Counted from the stretch's first letter, positions 12,899 through 25,098 are shown. The stretch: DNA of 64,000 nucleotides from Eledone cirrhosa (GCA_964016885.1 OZ024743.1:266476001-266540000), one strand, 5' to 3'. The notes: generated by a model from the letters alone, not told the origin. Program-made: numbers and translations.

Positions 12899-14995
12899 TT
12901 ACCGTACTTTTGGTAGAGGAGGGATGGTTTTTACATCCCTTTTCACTTGATCGTCTGGTGAAGGGACCGTTGAATCGTCCCTTCGGCTGGTCGTCGGCTC
13001 TTCTATGAGAATGTCTGAATATACTCTTCGATTAATGGTTCCTCCTAGGTCCCTGAAATCACCAACTGCGTTGGGGAATTTCGTTTTAATGTTTGTGTAT
13101 TGTTTCTGTGCTATTTTTAGCAGTCTTATGTTAGTTGGCGTTTTGATTGGTGCTGGTATTATGTAGTCCTGTTGTGAAATGTCTGTGTGTTCAATTATGT
13201 AAGTCATTAGTTTCTTGTTGTGTGTGTTTATTGCCGTGCATTTGTTTTTCTGGGGGTGGGGTGTGGTTCTGCTATTTTCTTGTCGTTGTTGCTGGGTGTG
13301 TGTGTTTTGTTGTTGTGTTTGCGATGTTGGTGCTTGTGGTGGTGGTGTTGAAGGTGTTGTTGGCGGTGGGGTTGTCGCCGGTGGTGATGGTGGTGCTGGT
13401 GTGGGTGGTGATGGTGTTGGTGGTGTTGCTGCTGTGGGTCTCTTTGCAGTAGACTTTACCCTTTTCTCATTTCTTTCCTCCCTTTTCAAAGGCGACGATG
13501 CGCTGCTTCTGCGTTTGTGCCTTCTTGAGACCTTTTGCCATCCCTCTCCCACCTCACACTCCATGTCTGATTCTGTAAGGTCGGGGAGGGGTACCAGCTC
13601 CACTCTTTCACTTGTTGTTGTTGGTGATGTTTGCACTGGAGTCTCTGTTGCAGCTGCATTTGGTATTGCTGTTGTTGTTGTTAATATTTCCACTGCTGCT
13701 GCTGTCTTTGATTTCCGTGGAGTGGGTATGGGTGCCACGGACCTATCGTTCCTGGTTGCCGCTTGTCCTGTTGCTGGTAGCCGTGGAACCGGATTCGGGA
13801 GGAGGGGGGTTTTCTCCTTTCTCATGGTCTTCTCGTTGCAGAAGGCCCTGAGGTGAGTCTTCGATCCACAGCGAAAGCATTTCGGGCGTTTGCCCTCAAC
13901 ACTTATGGGCAGTTGAGTGCCGTTATCGAAGTCTATCACATCCGGGATAGCTTCGATGCACTCCTGGTTGGTTTGGATTAGCATCTCAATGGAGGAGCCG
14001 ACCCAATCTTCTCTTACTTTTTTCTGTACTTGCAGTACAGTTGTTTTGTCCTCGATTCCGACGAGGACAGACGCGGCCAGCCAAGAAGGGGTCATTCCGG
14101 GGGGGACGTGGGTCAGTTTGACCCTCACAATTTTTTGCCCGCAGTAGGAGGGCACCAACACCATTTCCTCGCTCCTTAGGGTCACTACTGATTGGGCCTT
14201 TGCCTCCTGGGGTGTGGCAAAAAGTACGTCTACGGTGGCGTATTTTTTGCCTCGGGTGATGTGCGTTTTCCTCTGCCACACAGACCCCAAGGCTTTTTGT
14301 ATTTGGGCCTCTGTGGCTCTTTCCACCCTACGGGATTTTGTACTTACTGTACGGTACGTGACCGTACAGTGCTCTTGGGTTTCGAAAAAATTTTTCGCTG
14401 CCTTGCAGATTGCTCGGTGTCCGTTCTTTGTCACCATCTTCTTCGCTTCCTCTAATTCCTCATTTGTTATGAGGATTGTTTCCAGGTTTTTCGCAATACC
14501 TGCAAATGAGATTGGTTTTTCTCTGCTGTTGTTGTTGTCGTCAGAGCTGCTGGTACTTTTGTTGTTGCTGCAGGTACTACGACTACTGCCTCCGCCGCTG
14601 TTGCTGTGGTTGTTGTTGGTGTTGCTGCTGCTAATGCTGTTGTTGTTTATGCTGCTGGTGATGCTGTTGCGGCTGCTACTGTTGTTTTCATTGTCACTGT
14701 TGCTGTTGTTATTACGGCTGCTACTGCTATTATTCCTGACGTCAGACGAATGAACTGGGTTTTCGTATTTCCCGCACACCTGTTTCGTCGCTGTCGTCGT
14801 CGTCGTGGAGAAACCTTGCACGCTTTGCACGAGACTTTTCTTTTCTTTCGTCGCTTGCGAAAGAGAAGGGAGGGAGAGAGACACATTTAAAGAAGGGAGG
14901 GAGAGAGACAATCTTCTCTCTGCTGTAGTGATGATTGAGGAAGAAGAAGACGGAATGAGTGGGAGTGACGTATGAAATTTCTTTTTCATAGCCAT
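12899..14995 (-). CDS. ORF1, about 698 aa from ATG 14995; nucleic-acid-binding protein with CCHC knuckle
   Basis: CFRCGSKTHLRAFC (CX2CX4HX4C), Ser/Asn-rich and Pro/Thr-rich segments; lies upstream of ORF2. The ORF track starts it at TTG 15031. Confidence 0.9.
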   Translation of the reverse strand: MAMKKKFHTSLPLIPSSSSSIITTAERRLSLSLPSLNVSLSLPSLSQATKEKKSLVQSVQGFSTTTTTATKQVCGKYENPVHSSDVRNNSSSSRNNNSNSDNENNSSSRNSITSSINNNSISSSNTNNNHSNSGGGSSRSTCSNNKSTSSSDDNNNSREKPISFAGIAKNLETILITNEELEEAKKMVTKNGHRAICKAAKNFFETQEHCTVTYRTVSTKSRRVERATEAQIQKALGSVWQRKTHITRGKKYATVDVLFATPQEAKAQSVVTLRSEEMVLVPSYCGQKIVRVKLTHVPPGMTPSWLAASVLVGIEDKTTVLQVQKKVREDWVGSSIEMLIQTNQECIEAIPDVIDFDNGTQLPISVEGKRPKCFRCGSKTHLRAFCNEKTMRKEKTPLLPNPVPRLPATGQAATRNDRSVAPIPTPRKSKTAAAVEILTTTTAIPNAAATETPVQTSPTTTSERVELVPLPDLTESDMECEVGEGWQKVSRRHKRRSSASSPLKREERNEKRVKSTAKRPTAATPPTPSPPTPAPPSPPATTPPPTTPSTPPPQAPTSQTQQQNTHTQQQRQENSRTTPHPQKNKCTAINTHNKKLMTYIIEHTDISQQDYIIPAPIKTPTNIRLLKIAQKQYTNIKTKFPNAVGDFRDLGGTINRRVYSDILIEEPTTSRRDDSTVPSPDDQVKRDVKTIPPLPKVR

Positions 14996-15211
14996 GTTGT
15001 TTTTTTGTTTAAAATGAAATTTTGGGTACAAAACCCCAATAACTGGTTATTTAACCCCGAAGGGCCAAATAACGGACAGAAAGACCCCTCTCACGAGGAG
15101 GAGGGTGTCTTTATCAACAATTTGGTTCAAGTTTTAAACAATTTACAATTGTTTTAACGGTTAAAAATTACTATACCTTACAGAGCCGAGCCTCCGTCAA
15201 CCATGGCATTC

Positions 15212-15232
15212 AATAATAATAATAATAATAAT
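15212..15232 (+). repeat. (AAT)7 tract closing the left array
   Basis: Read directly. Confidence 0.95.
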
Positions 15233-17137
15233 GTACTGTGTTATATTTATCTTCAAGCCATACCTGTCTCCGATACAAATAGAACATGCGTCCATAACTC
15301 GTTGAGTTCGGTATACCACTGAATATAAACGTCTTTCCAATGAATACTGAGATTCAAATTCAGAGAGGAGATATAAATTCAAAAAATAAAATGACATAAT
15401 ATAATACCATTTCTAATTAAAAAGAATTGCTCGATTTCTGTCTTAATTACAGGCCATATTACATAATTTGTATAATTTCTATTCGCCTGTTAGGTGCAAG
15501 GGAAATATCTGATGTCAGTTGGTAACCATACAAACGATGCAAAATCTACTTTTGTCAACACATATTCTATATGAATATTCAAGAAATATAATCTAAGGAA
15601 TTCTAATGTTCCGCAAGATGAGGCTTTTAATATAATTTAATAGAATATCTATTATAATTTTCATGTGAATAATTTCACAGTTTGAAACGATTTTCGATTT
15701 ATTTTATACAAAATTCGTGAGATGGGGATCGTTCGTAAAATAAAGATGCCATTTCTGAAATTTTTTGAAAATATTGTAGGTATACCACAACAAAATAAGT
15801 TTGGGAATCTACGCTATTCACAGCCCCATCAATCAAAGAGACAAAATTGAATAGGTCGTGTGAAACTATTTATTTTATTTGTTTAATGGTGTCATTCAAG
15901 TCACCGGCATTGACAACGATAAACATTTATCGTAGAAACTTATAATTCTTTGTTTCTAGGTTAAGTGTCTGTTGATATTCATGATTGTCAAAGAATAGAA
16001 TCTAGACTGACTTGTTAGATATAACGAACCTGACCTAATAAATCAGACAGCTGAATTTCTCTTGTAACAAGTAAATATCTACGTGGTAGCTAGCTGGAGT
16101 GATCTTCAATATGGTTGTCTGAGTGCTACAAACAGCAGCTAAAGTCCCCTCAAATAACTGCCTTCTCTCTTAAATAAGGAAGGACACTTTGGATAAACTA
16201 GTCGAAACATCCGCAATTCTTGAATAAAAAAAACTCATTGGTCAACGCTGGAATGATTTTCTTCAGAAGTCCCTTTACTCGGGACTTGAGCTACATTGCT
16301 CTGCTACCAGGGTGGTATCTACCTGCTAGAAATAGCAAGAAATAGTTCCTCAAACATCTTACATTCGGAAAACAAAACGTATTTGTATATATGTATAAAA
16401 CAATCCTCAGTATACTACTGCTTTAAAAGATAGACGTGATAGAGGGTGAATTTGTTATTAGGTATGGTGAATCAATGCCGACGTAAGATCGGCTACAGCT
16501 AGCTTCATAAATACATTCCTAGCCAAAAGCAAACACTTTCAAATCAGTAAATACTAAAATGAAATAGTTAAAACTTGTATATACAAATCTGATTTCTGCG
16601 GCCCGTTAAAATAGCATTGTAACGTAAGATTACATTTCATAAGTTTGCATCGAATTATCGAAGCCCTTTATAGTCGTATTTTCGAGTATTGTGGTACGTC
16701 TATTATATATTTTCATTCATTAAATGGTGAATTAGCAGAATCGTTGCATGGTCAGAGGATAAGTCAACTGTGTATTTCATATTGTACCACTGTAAGACGG
16801 TGGAATTACGGAATAGTTACAGTGACCGGTGTCTTGTGGTATGTCTTCCGGCAGTTTGCTTTCTAAGTTCAAACCCACCATAGTGAACTTGGATGAGTGT
16901 CGATTATTCGGTTTAAGACCACCGCCTGACCTTTGTGTTAATTAGTGTAACCAGTCTGTTCATTCTTCTGCCCGCAAAATTTCGTTGAACCTTCCTCACT
17001 TACTACGTTGTTCTTGCTCTTGTTTTTATCTTAACCCGGGAAATCTATAATCAAAAGCATTCCATCTGTCTTCTTTTTCAGTTATAGAATTTTCTTTTTC
17101 TTTTCATTTTAACAGTAGCCTGCAACTTGAATTCATT

Positions 17138-17329
17138 CGGTGGATTGGCAGTATCGGTGGAGGGTCGGACGCCATGCTTTGCAGCACATTTACGTCCCTT
17201 TACGGACTGAGTTCAAATCCAACTGAGGTTAAATTTGCCTTTAATCCTTACGAGGTCGATAAAATAAAGTACCAGTAATACACTGGGATAATTGCCGGCC
17301 TTGTGCCAAAAGTAGAAACAATTATTATT
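17138..17329 (+). mobile_element. tRNA-derived SINE (about 190-bp family)
   Basis: GGTGGATTGGCAGTATCGG head, B-box-like GAGTTCAAATCC, GTCGATAAAATAAAGTACCAG core, GTAGAAACAATTATTATT end. At least 8 copies in the window. Confidence 0.85.
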
Positions 17330-17726
17330 GCTAGCAGATTGGGTGAACACGAATATGCTACATACTTCATTTAATTTTGCAATGTATTCATGTTATTTTC
17401 TTAGACATTTTCTGGGGGGAAAAGTTTAGGGTTTAATTTTTAAGGGAGGAGAGATTTAATAAGATACACTCTACGAGATGTGAAAACTTCGCTGCTGATG
17501 TCGATCAAGTGTTTTAAATCATAGCAGAATGTGTGTGTGAAAAAAATCGATAATTGGCCACAACTAGGCAACTAAATATTTTAGACGGCAGCCGGAAACA
17601 CGATTCCTCTAATAACGCAATCAGCGTTTGTCGAGACATTCCTTGTTACTAGACCACCCTTTATCACCACAACACCTACACTTACTCTTCTTACTTTTCT
17701 CCCTCCCTTTATCTCTCTCTCTTTTA

Positions 17727-17800
<74 letters not shown>

Positions 17801-17803
<3 letters not shown>

Positions 17804-18136
17804 AAAATTAGGATTGGTGCTCAAAATAGCGATGTATACATGAATGTATGTATAGTATATTTGGCAATATACCGTATGTTTAATTAAAAACATTTTGAAG
17901 ACCTTGCGCTAACATTTTTAAAGTACTGACTATGTCGCTTATTTCTTTTTTCCGGCAAAGGAAGGGAGATAAGCTGACAGATTCTGTTTCACAGCTTCTC
18001 TCCCTTCCTTTGCCGGAAAAAATAAGTAAGTGACATAGTCGCTACTTTAAAAATGACGGCGCAAGGTCTTCAAAATGTTTTTAATTAAACATACGGTATA
18101 TTGCCAAATATACTATACACTATACATACATTCATA
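17801..18136. mobile_element. Foldback/MITE-like element next to (TA)n
   Basis: About 135-bp inverted arms (~17840-17975 and ~17992-18135). Shares the terminus TTGAAAATTAG.ATTGGTGCTC with the 23006 element. Confidence 0.75.
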
Positions 18137-18215
18137 TATATATACGTTTCAGAAGAGCCCGTTAAGGGTAAAAGCAGCGATTCTTTGCTTAAAATTAAAT
18201 CTGTTATTTTAATAA

Positions 18216-18300
<85 letters not shown>

Positions 18301-18474
18301 TAAATTTAGTCCTTCATCAGTGATCTTCCAACCTTCATTGGTATATCATCGCTTTAATGACCATATACCTCTGGTTGGTGCAAGCAACGGCTAAAGAAGG
18401 TCTTGGGACACGTAAATAGGGGGAACGAGCGAGACAGTAAACAAACAAAGATGGTAATGCAACGAAAAGTGAGC

Positions 18475-18712
18475 AAGAAGTAGTCAAGTCCCTGAAATCG
18501 ATGAACATAAGTTCTGTGAAATCGTGAACGAGAGAGAATAAAGACCATCAAACCTGGTCGAAATGTGCGTAAGGAAAGAATTTCGCACAGGTCAAACGGG
18601 AGGAAGAAGTAGTCAAGTCCCTGAAATCGATGAACATAAGTTCTGTGAAATCGTAGACGAGAGAGAATAAAGACCATCCGACCTGGTCGAAGTGTGCGTG
18701 AGGAAAGAATCT

Positions 18713-18716
<4 letters not shown>
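18475..18716. repeat. Direct repeat, 2 copies, 129-bp period
   Basis: AAGAAGTAGTCAAGTCCCTGAAATCG... at 18475 and 18604. Confidence 0.9.
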
Positions 18717-18788
<72 letters not shown>

Positions 18789-19194
18789 TGTATGTATAGT
18801 AAGTGACATGTATATATAGAGCGAGAGGTATATAAATGAATGTGTATATGTATGTAAGTATGGAGGTTTCATCACCATGTGCGTATCTTGAGCACGCTCG
18901 GCTGTAGAGACAGGATGTGGGATCAGTTGTACAAGTTACACAATAGATAAAACACAATTCATAAAATACAGAACAAAGTAATTAAATCAAAATTTAAAAT
19001 TAAAATAAAGTTACAATTATAGAGCATCGGGATGAATAAAAATGTATATGGATAATATTAACAGAAAAGGTGGGTAATGAGTAGTGATAAAATTAATAAA
19101 TATATTAACAATATTAACAGTATTAAAAACTATTAAAAAACTATTAAAGAATATTGAGAGAGAGTAATAAAATTAGAGGGCATACTTTGTTGTA

Positions 19195-19660
19195 CATGTT
19201 ATACATAATTTAATACATATGTTATACATAATTTAAATCTCCATACTTTAATCACAATTTATTCTGCTATACATACTTAGAATTTCCATACATTACCTCC
19301 CATTTTATCCTATCTTCCATATATTAACTATCAGTTTATCATTTTCCGTATATTACCTCTCTGTTTTTTCGACTACACTTAATTAGAATGTTTATCTGTT
19401 ACCTCTCTGTGTATTCTTTATACATAATTAGGTTTGCCACATCTTACTCAGTTTAGTAAATTATTCATAATTAGAATTTCCGTATATTTCCTCTCGATTC
19501 ACTCTGTTATACATAACAAAATTTCCATGTTACTTCTATGTTTTTTTCTCTCGTACTTAATTAAAGTTTTCCATACCTTAAGAGTCCGGAGGTCGAGTTT
19601 AAGTTAACTTAGTATAATATACATAATTATAATTTCCACACATTCCATTTGTTCCTCCTA
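19195..19660. repeat. Degenerate minisatellite, about 40-bp unit
   Basis: Recurring ATACATAATTAGAATTTCCATA-like unit. Confidence 0.6.
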
Positions 19661-19689
19661 CACCATAACATTATTAACTTTATTATTAA

Positions 19690-19867
19690 GGTGGTGGATT
19701 GGCAGTATCGGTAGAGGGTCGCACGCCATGCTTTGCAGCACAGAGTTATTCCCCTTTACGGTCTGAGTTCAAATCCCGCCGAGGTTAACTTTGCCTTTCA
19801 TCCTTACAGGGTCGATAAAGTAATGCTCTGGGTAATTGCTGGCTTTGTGCCATAAGTAGAAACAATT
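19690..19867 (+). mobile_element. tRNA-derived SINE, same family as 17138
   Basis: Same head, B box and tail. Confidence 0.85.
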
Positions 19868-19989
19868 TTTAAATTTATTATTTGTTTTTATCCTTATCTA
19901 GTCCCTTCCTCCTTTCTGCCTTCATTTTCCCTCTTCCTTAAAACTTTCCATCACCTCCCTTTCCCTCTATATATCTATAGTTTCTGAAA

Positions 19990-20190
19990 ACTTCAGGGTG
20001 GCATAATTTGGTTGCCGTCGAGACCTCAGTCGTACTTGGACGCCGTGCAGTCAAGCTCCTCCGCAAGATCGGAACGTCGGCGGCCCGTCTGAGAAAGGAG
20101 CCCGCGAGGTTGGGCAGATGTTGTAGCGGGTGTCACTGTCCATTGTCTGCGGGAATACTTTTGCGGTCTTGTCCGCGGGGTGCAGCATCT
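19990..20190 (+). pseudogene. C-terminal remnant of a CRE-like RLE retrotransposon
   Basis: VAVETSVVLGRRAVKLLRKIG followed, after a frameshift, by L*RVSLSIVCGN. Resembles the AVETxG...QRxSxAIxRGN C-terminus. Confidence 0.5.
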
Positions 20191-20536
20191 TTACCGCTGT
20201 GCCCTGGCCTAGAGTTCAATCTCTCTCCCCCTGCCCCCATCTTCTTCTATGACACTAGAGTCCTTCCCATTCTCTCCCTTTTCCGATCTTTTTTTCTTTT
20301 GATCTTTTTTTTATATTTTCGCATTTTACATTCCAATCTTCTCAATCTATATTTTTCTGTTTTTTTTCATTTTCTATTAAACTGTATTTACATGATATAT
20401 TCCATAAATAAGAATGCACTCTTTTAACTCAAGGGTAAATAAGACTGGAATTGATTTAGTTTCTTCAGCCACTCTAGCATTTCGCTTCCGTCTCTGTTCA
20501 CTTCACTTCTTTATTTCTTTCATTATGTATTCATTT

Positions 20537-20902
20537 GCGGTGGATTGGCAGTATCGGTAGAGGGTCGGACGCCATGCTTTGACGCATGCTTTTACGGCCC
20601 TTGCCATTCTGAGTTCTAATCCCGCCGAGGTTAACTTTGCCTTGCCTCCATAACGAGGTCAATAAAATAAAGTACCAGTAATGCACTGGGAAATTGCTGG
20701 CCTTGTGCCAAAATTAGAATCAATTATTTATTCATTTGTATCGGTAGTGCGTCAGACACCATCCCTTGAAGCATGGGGTTATGGCCCTTTACGTTATGAG
20801 TTCAAATCCGCCGTGGTTAACTTTGCCTTTCATCCTTACGGGGTCGATAAAATAAAGCACCAGTGTAAGTAATTGCTGGCCTTGTGCCAAAAGTAGAAAC
20901 AT
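20537..20902 (+). mobile_element. Two tandem SINE copies (20537-20728 and 20738-20902)
   Basis: Same family. TATTCATTT lies before, between and after the copies. Confidence 0.85.
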
Positions 20903-22705
20903 TATTCATTTTTGTTTTTACTTTGGCCCTTTATTTTTATTTCAATTGTTTTTACTTTGGCCCTTTATTTTTATTTCAATCCTCTATTTATATATTTTTG
21001 TATGTTTTTTATATATATTTTTATCTAAAATTCCTTATATTTCATCTAATTTTCTTTTCTTATTTGTTTCTTATTTGTTTCTTATTTGTTTCTTATTTGT
21101 TTCTTATTCTTTGCGTATTACTATTATTATTAAAGACTTGAGCATTACATTTTTTATTTGAAATCTGTGTGGAAGCCAAAAGGCGAGATTTTTTATTATT
21201 CTTACATGGAACATCACCTGTCACTTGATTGACATTCGCACCAAGTTCCTAGTCTAAGGATAGCTTTCTCCCTTCTTTCAACCAGTCTTACATATTAAAC
21301 AATGATCAAAAGTTTTAAACGTACAAATAAATTACTCAATATTCTATGTTGTTCAGCCCCCGGTCAGACATAATCGATAGATCTTTTTTCATTCCAGCCA
21401 TGACAATCTCATTGTTTTCGTATGTACAGATCACGGAAGGAAAACATTACGGAACGAATTAATTTCTTAAAGATGGTAGGTTGTGATCTGAGCGTGATTT
21501 GGCTGCTATCAGTAGTAGGTGAATCAACCATGTAGAAACTTCTTTTTGGTGTTGTTTTTGCAATTTATCCTCAACTCAATCCCGATCAAACACTCTTATA
21601 AACAAGACTTATTGCTCAGCTGTTTTGTTGTGACTTGTTGAGTATCAAATATACTTAGGTTTTTATGTTTGTTTGTTTAATTTTTCTGGGGGGTTTTTAC
21701 TGGGGAAATCCGAAATAACTATTTCTGATCTTATATATGAAAATATTAACTTTTTTTTTACTTCCTTACAGTGTATGTGTAGTGTGTGTGTATGTATGTG
21801 TGTGTGTGGGGGTGAAACAATCATTGGACAAAATGCCTTGCACAATTTTATCTTTATTCTTATGCTCTCTGAATTCAAATGTCACCGAGATTAACATTAA
21901 CTTTCATTCTTGAAATGAGTTGCTAAAATAAGTATCAGCCATGTATTAGAGTAAATGTAATCGATGGTTAAACTTCACCCTATATTGCTGGCCTTATGCC
22001 TAAATCAGAAATTATTATTTTACTACTCCATCGAAGGAACGTTATCATATACGTTAGACTTGTTTACTCCTCCAGGCAACCAGACTACAAACACTAATTT
22101 CTTATCTGAGGCATAGTTACAAGGCCTTTCATCATATCGTCGTTTCTTTTCAGCTGACATGTCAGTGGCTTCCTAATCCAAAGGGAAGATTTCTATCTTA
22201 TACCTCTTTATAGTAGAGAGGAAAAGAAAGATTAAATTCGCTGAACTTTGGTGATTTGCCAAAGAATTAAATTCAGCTATACAGTTTAAACCAGATTTAC
22301 AATAAAAGTACATCTGACTTTATGTTGTTTACAAAATCCGAAAGAAGTTTTCCCCTGAAAATGTATTGTATATGAGGAATTGTTTTGTTGGAGTGTGGGG
22401 TAATTATTGAAAGAGCAAATTTACTGGTTCACTAGCTGTGGTTTAGATTATTATTGGTCAATTTGATCCATAACATATGGAACACACACATGTATATATA
22501 TACATATATTTATATAAATGTTCTTTAAATATTCTCACTGACTTATTCAAATCCGTGGATTAGAACTTTTGGTATAAATATTTGTTAAAAATACAAGGTG
22601 TAACTTCATTTTATACCTCCTTAGTATAAAAAAATGACACGCATATAGCATAAATCTGATATATATATATGCATATATGGTTTATATACATGGCGTGATT
22701 TCGTA

Positions 22706-22744
<39 letters not shown>

Positions 22745-22745
<1 letters not shown>

Positions 22746-23547
22746 CGTATTTTACAATACACTGTAAGGTTAATTAAAAGCACTTTGAAGACATACGCTA
22801 TTGTTTTAAAGTAGCGACATTGTCGCTTACTTAAATTTTCGAGAGACAAGGGGAGATAACTTGACAGCTCTGTTTCATACCTTTTGGTACTTATCAAAAC
22901 TCACTACTCTCCCTGTCTGACGAAAATTATGCGTGTTAGATTCTTATAGAATTCCAGTAACAATCAGGAACTGATTTTACAGAGCGGTCGCCGGCCCTGC
23001 AGAAATTGAAAATTAGAATTGGTGCTCTGAAATAGCGATATATATATATGAATGTATATATAGTGTATTTTGTAATACACTGTATGCTTAATTAAAATCA
23101 TTTTGAAGACCATGCGCTAATGTTTTAAAGTAGCGACATTGTCGCTTATTTAAATTTTCGGCAGACAGGGGGAGATAAGTTGACAGCTCTGTTTCATACT
23201 TTTTGGTACTTATCAAAACTCACTACTCTCTTATAGAATTCCGGTAACCCGCTGTAAAATCCGTTCCTGATTGTTACTGGAATTCTATAAGAATCTAAGA
23301 CACATAATTTTCGGCAGACAGGGAGAGTAGTGAGTTTTGATAAGTACCAAAAAGTACGAAACAGAGCTGTCAAGTTAACTCCCCCTATCTGCCGAAAATT
23401 TAAGTAAGCGACAATGTCGTTACTTTAAGACAATAGCGTATGGTCTACAAAATGCTTTTAATTAACTATACAGTGTATTGCAAAATACACTGTATATACA
23501 TTCATATATATATATCGCTATTTCAGAGCACCAATTCTAATTTTGAA
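22745..23547. mobile_element. Foldback element: two direct arms plus one inverted arm
   Basis: Arms 22745-22985 and 23006-23248 forward, 23249-23547 inverted. Matching termini AAAATTAGAATTGGTGCTCTGAAATAGCGAT. Confidence 0.8.
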
Positions 23548-23556
23548 TATATATAA

Positions 23557-24427
23557 ACCGGATCCCACCCCTGCTGCCGTCACCACTGCCACACTTGTCC
23601 TTTCCACACTCTCACTGGACCTAGCGTTAGGGACACCTTCTACTGCACCTTAATGAGTCTTGTTCATAGGATCTGGTGCACACTACTTGAAGCTGTATAT
23701 ATTGGCTAAACCGGTCGTCGTTTGGCGAACAGGTTTGCCTAGCAACTCCGTGAGCGGCCAACCCAACTCTCATCGCCCGACATTTCTAATCCGCTCGACA
23801 TTCCACGAACAACCTCATAATTTTGGGCCTTGTCGCCTGTACTGGACGGATCACTGTACTCACTCCCCAGGAAGGAATAGAGCCTTAGAAGAACACTTAC
23901 TCAAAAACTACTACTATGTACTTACACGCTCTCACTTATTTATTTATTTATATTTCCTTTGTCTCATTTTCTTATTTTTTAATGTACCCTATCTTATATT
24001 TTACTTTTTACTTTTTACATCTGTAACTTCTCTACCTATTTACCATACATGTTTTATTTTTGATGTTATTGTTTTGATTATACGCGATTTTATTATTGTT
24101 GTTATCTTTTGATTATACGCTATTTTTCTATATAAGTCTTGCCTCGAGTGAATTACTTTTATATCTACGTACTCTGATGCGTTTACCAGAGGTAAATAAT
24201 GTATTGGAGATCGAATGACTTAACCTCAAGTGATTAGCGAACTCTAGACTGATATGATCAACGAAACAATTGTCAGTACTTTAAACAAAGCCCTTATTGT
24301 ACAGCCAACCATGTTACTCTTCATTCATTAACTATTATTACTCCAAGTACAACCTGCACAGAAATTATCGCGAACTCGCTGCATAACTATGGAAGCATCT
24401 TGTTCAGTCAAACAAAGCCGTACGTTA
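23557..24427 (+). mobile_element. Penelope-like element 3' remnant (GIY-YIG fragment + pseudo-LTR)
   Basis: About 23695-23752 translates VYIG*TGRRLANRFA*QLR. A hammerhead motif lies downstream. Confidence 0.7.
24169..24279 (+). ncRNA. Type I hammerhead ribozyme motif (core variant)
   Basis: GTACT-CTGATGC-GTT...AAC-GAAAC-AATT-GTC-AGTAC. Stem I is perfect and stem III palindromic; the core has an A>C change. Confidence 0.6.
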
Positions 24428-25098
24428 TATATATATATATATTTATATATACAATTAAGTTAAAAATGTACATCCACATATGTATACTGAAATACTAGTA
24501 TGCATATGAATACACACACGTATACATATGTAGATGTACCAAGTCTTTCACTGGTCACTTTACTGTGAGTGTCCAGCTATTCTGTATGTAAACACACAGA
24601 CAAACCGGTTTTTAGAGTCATACTGGTTTTTGAGGAAACACCTTTCCTCTATTCTCCAGAAAGCCAGACAAGGAATATTGAACTAGTTTCGTTGTTGTTA
24701 CAACTCATCAGCAATATTTACCTATCTACCAGCCTTTCTGGAGAATCGTAAAAGCACATATCGTTATATGCTTTTTCTATGAAAATTAGTTGTGGGCAGA
24801 CTAATTTGCATAGAGTGTGAGTACGTACCGGTTCAACGGAGACGATAAAAACAAATAACGAAACGAAATTAAATTTCGATGATATGTGTTGATGATGTTA
24901 ATGATAATGATTGTTGAAGTATGTGGATGTATTTAGTGGTGGCTGTGGTTGTGGTTGTTCCCTATGGCACCTTTTAACCGGTTTTCGATCCGGTATATAT
25001 ATTTTTGTCCCTCACAACTCCACCACCATCACCACAAAACACAACTCCATACTTCATCAACACCGACAACACATACCTCCACTCACTAACCAACAATA

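Larger units (their letters stand above)
9182..15211 (-). mobile_element. Tx1/L1-clade APE retrotransposon, type A, copy 1 (full length, both ORFs intact)
   Basis: Starts at ATT|GAATGCC. About 215-bp 5'UTR, ORF1, 35-bp spacer, ORF2, 3'UTR with AATAAA, then (ATT)n. Confidence 0.95.

Noticed and set aside
3830-14890. Many antisense and overlapping ORFs inside Tx1 copies (e.g. 4533-5042, 7277-7867, 13215-13856)
   Set aside because: Shadow frames of GC-rich or low-complexity coding DNA. They recur only because the elements are repeated.
18140-18325. Possible minus-strand hammerhead (CTGATGAAGG ... GAAACGT) split by microsatellite
   Set aside because: Stems I and III cannot be completed.
16050-22020. 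Old repeat remnants (~16080-16340, 16720-16900, 21340-21540, 21920-22020)
   Set aside because: Probably decayed SINE or LINE pieces, too diverged to bound or name by eye.
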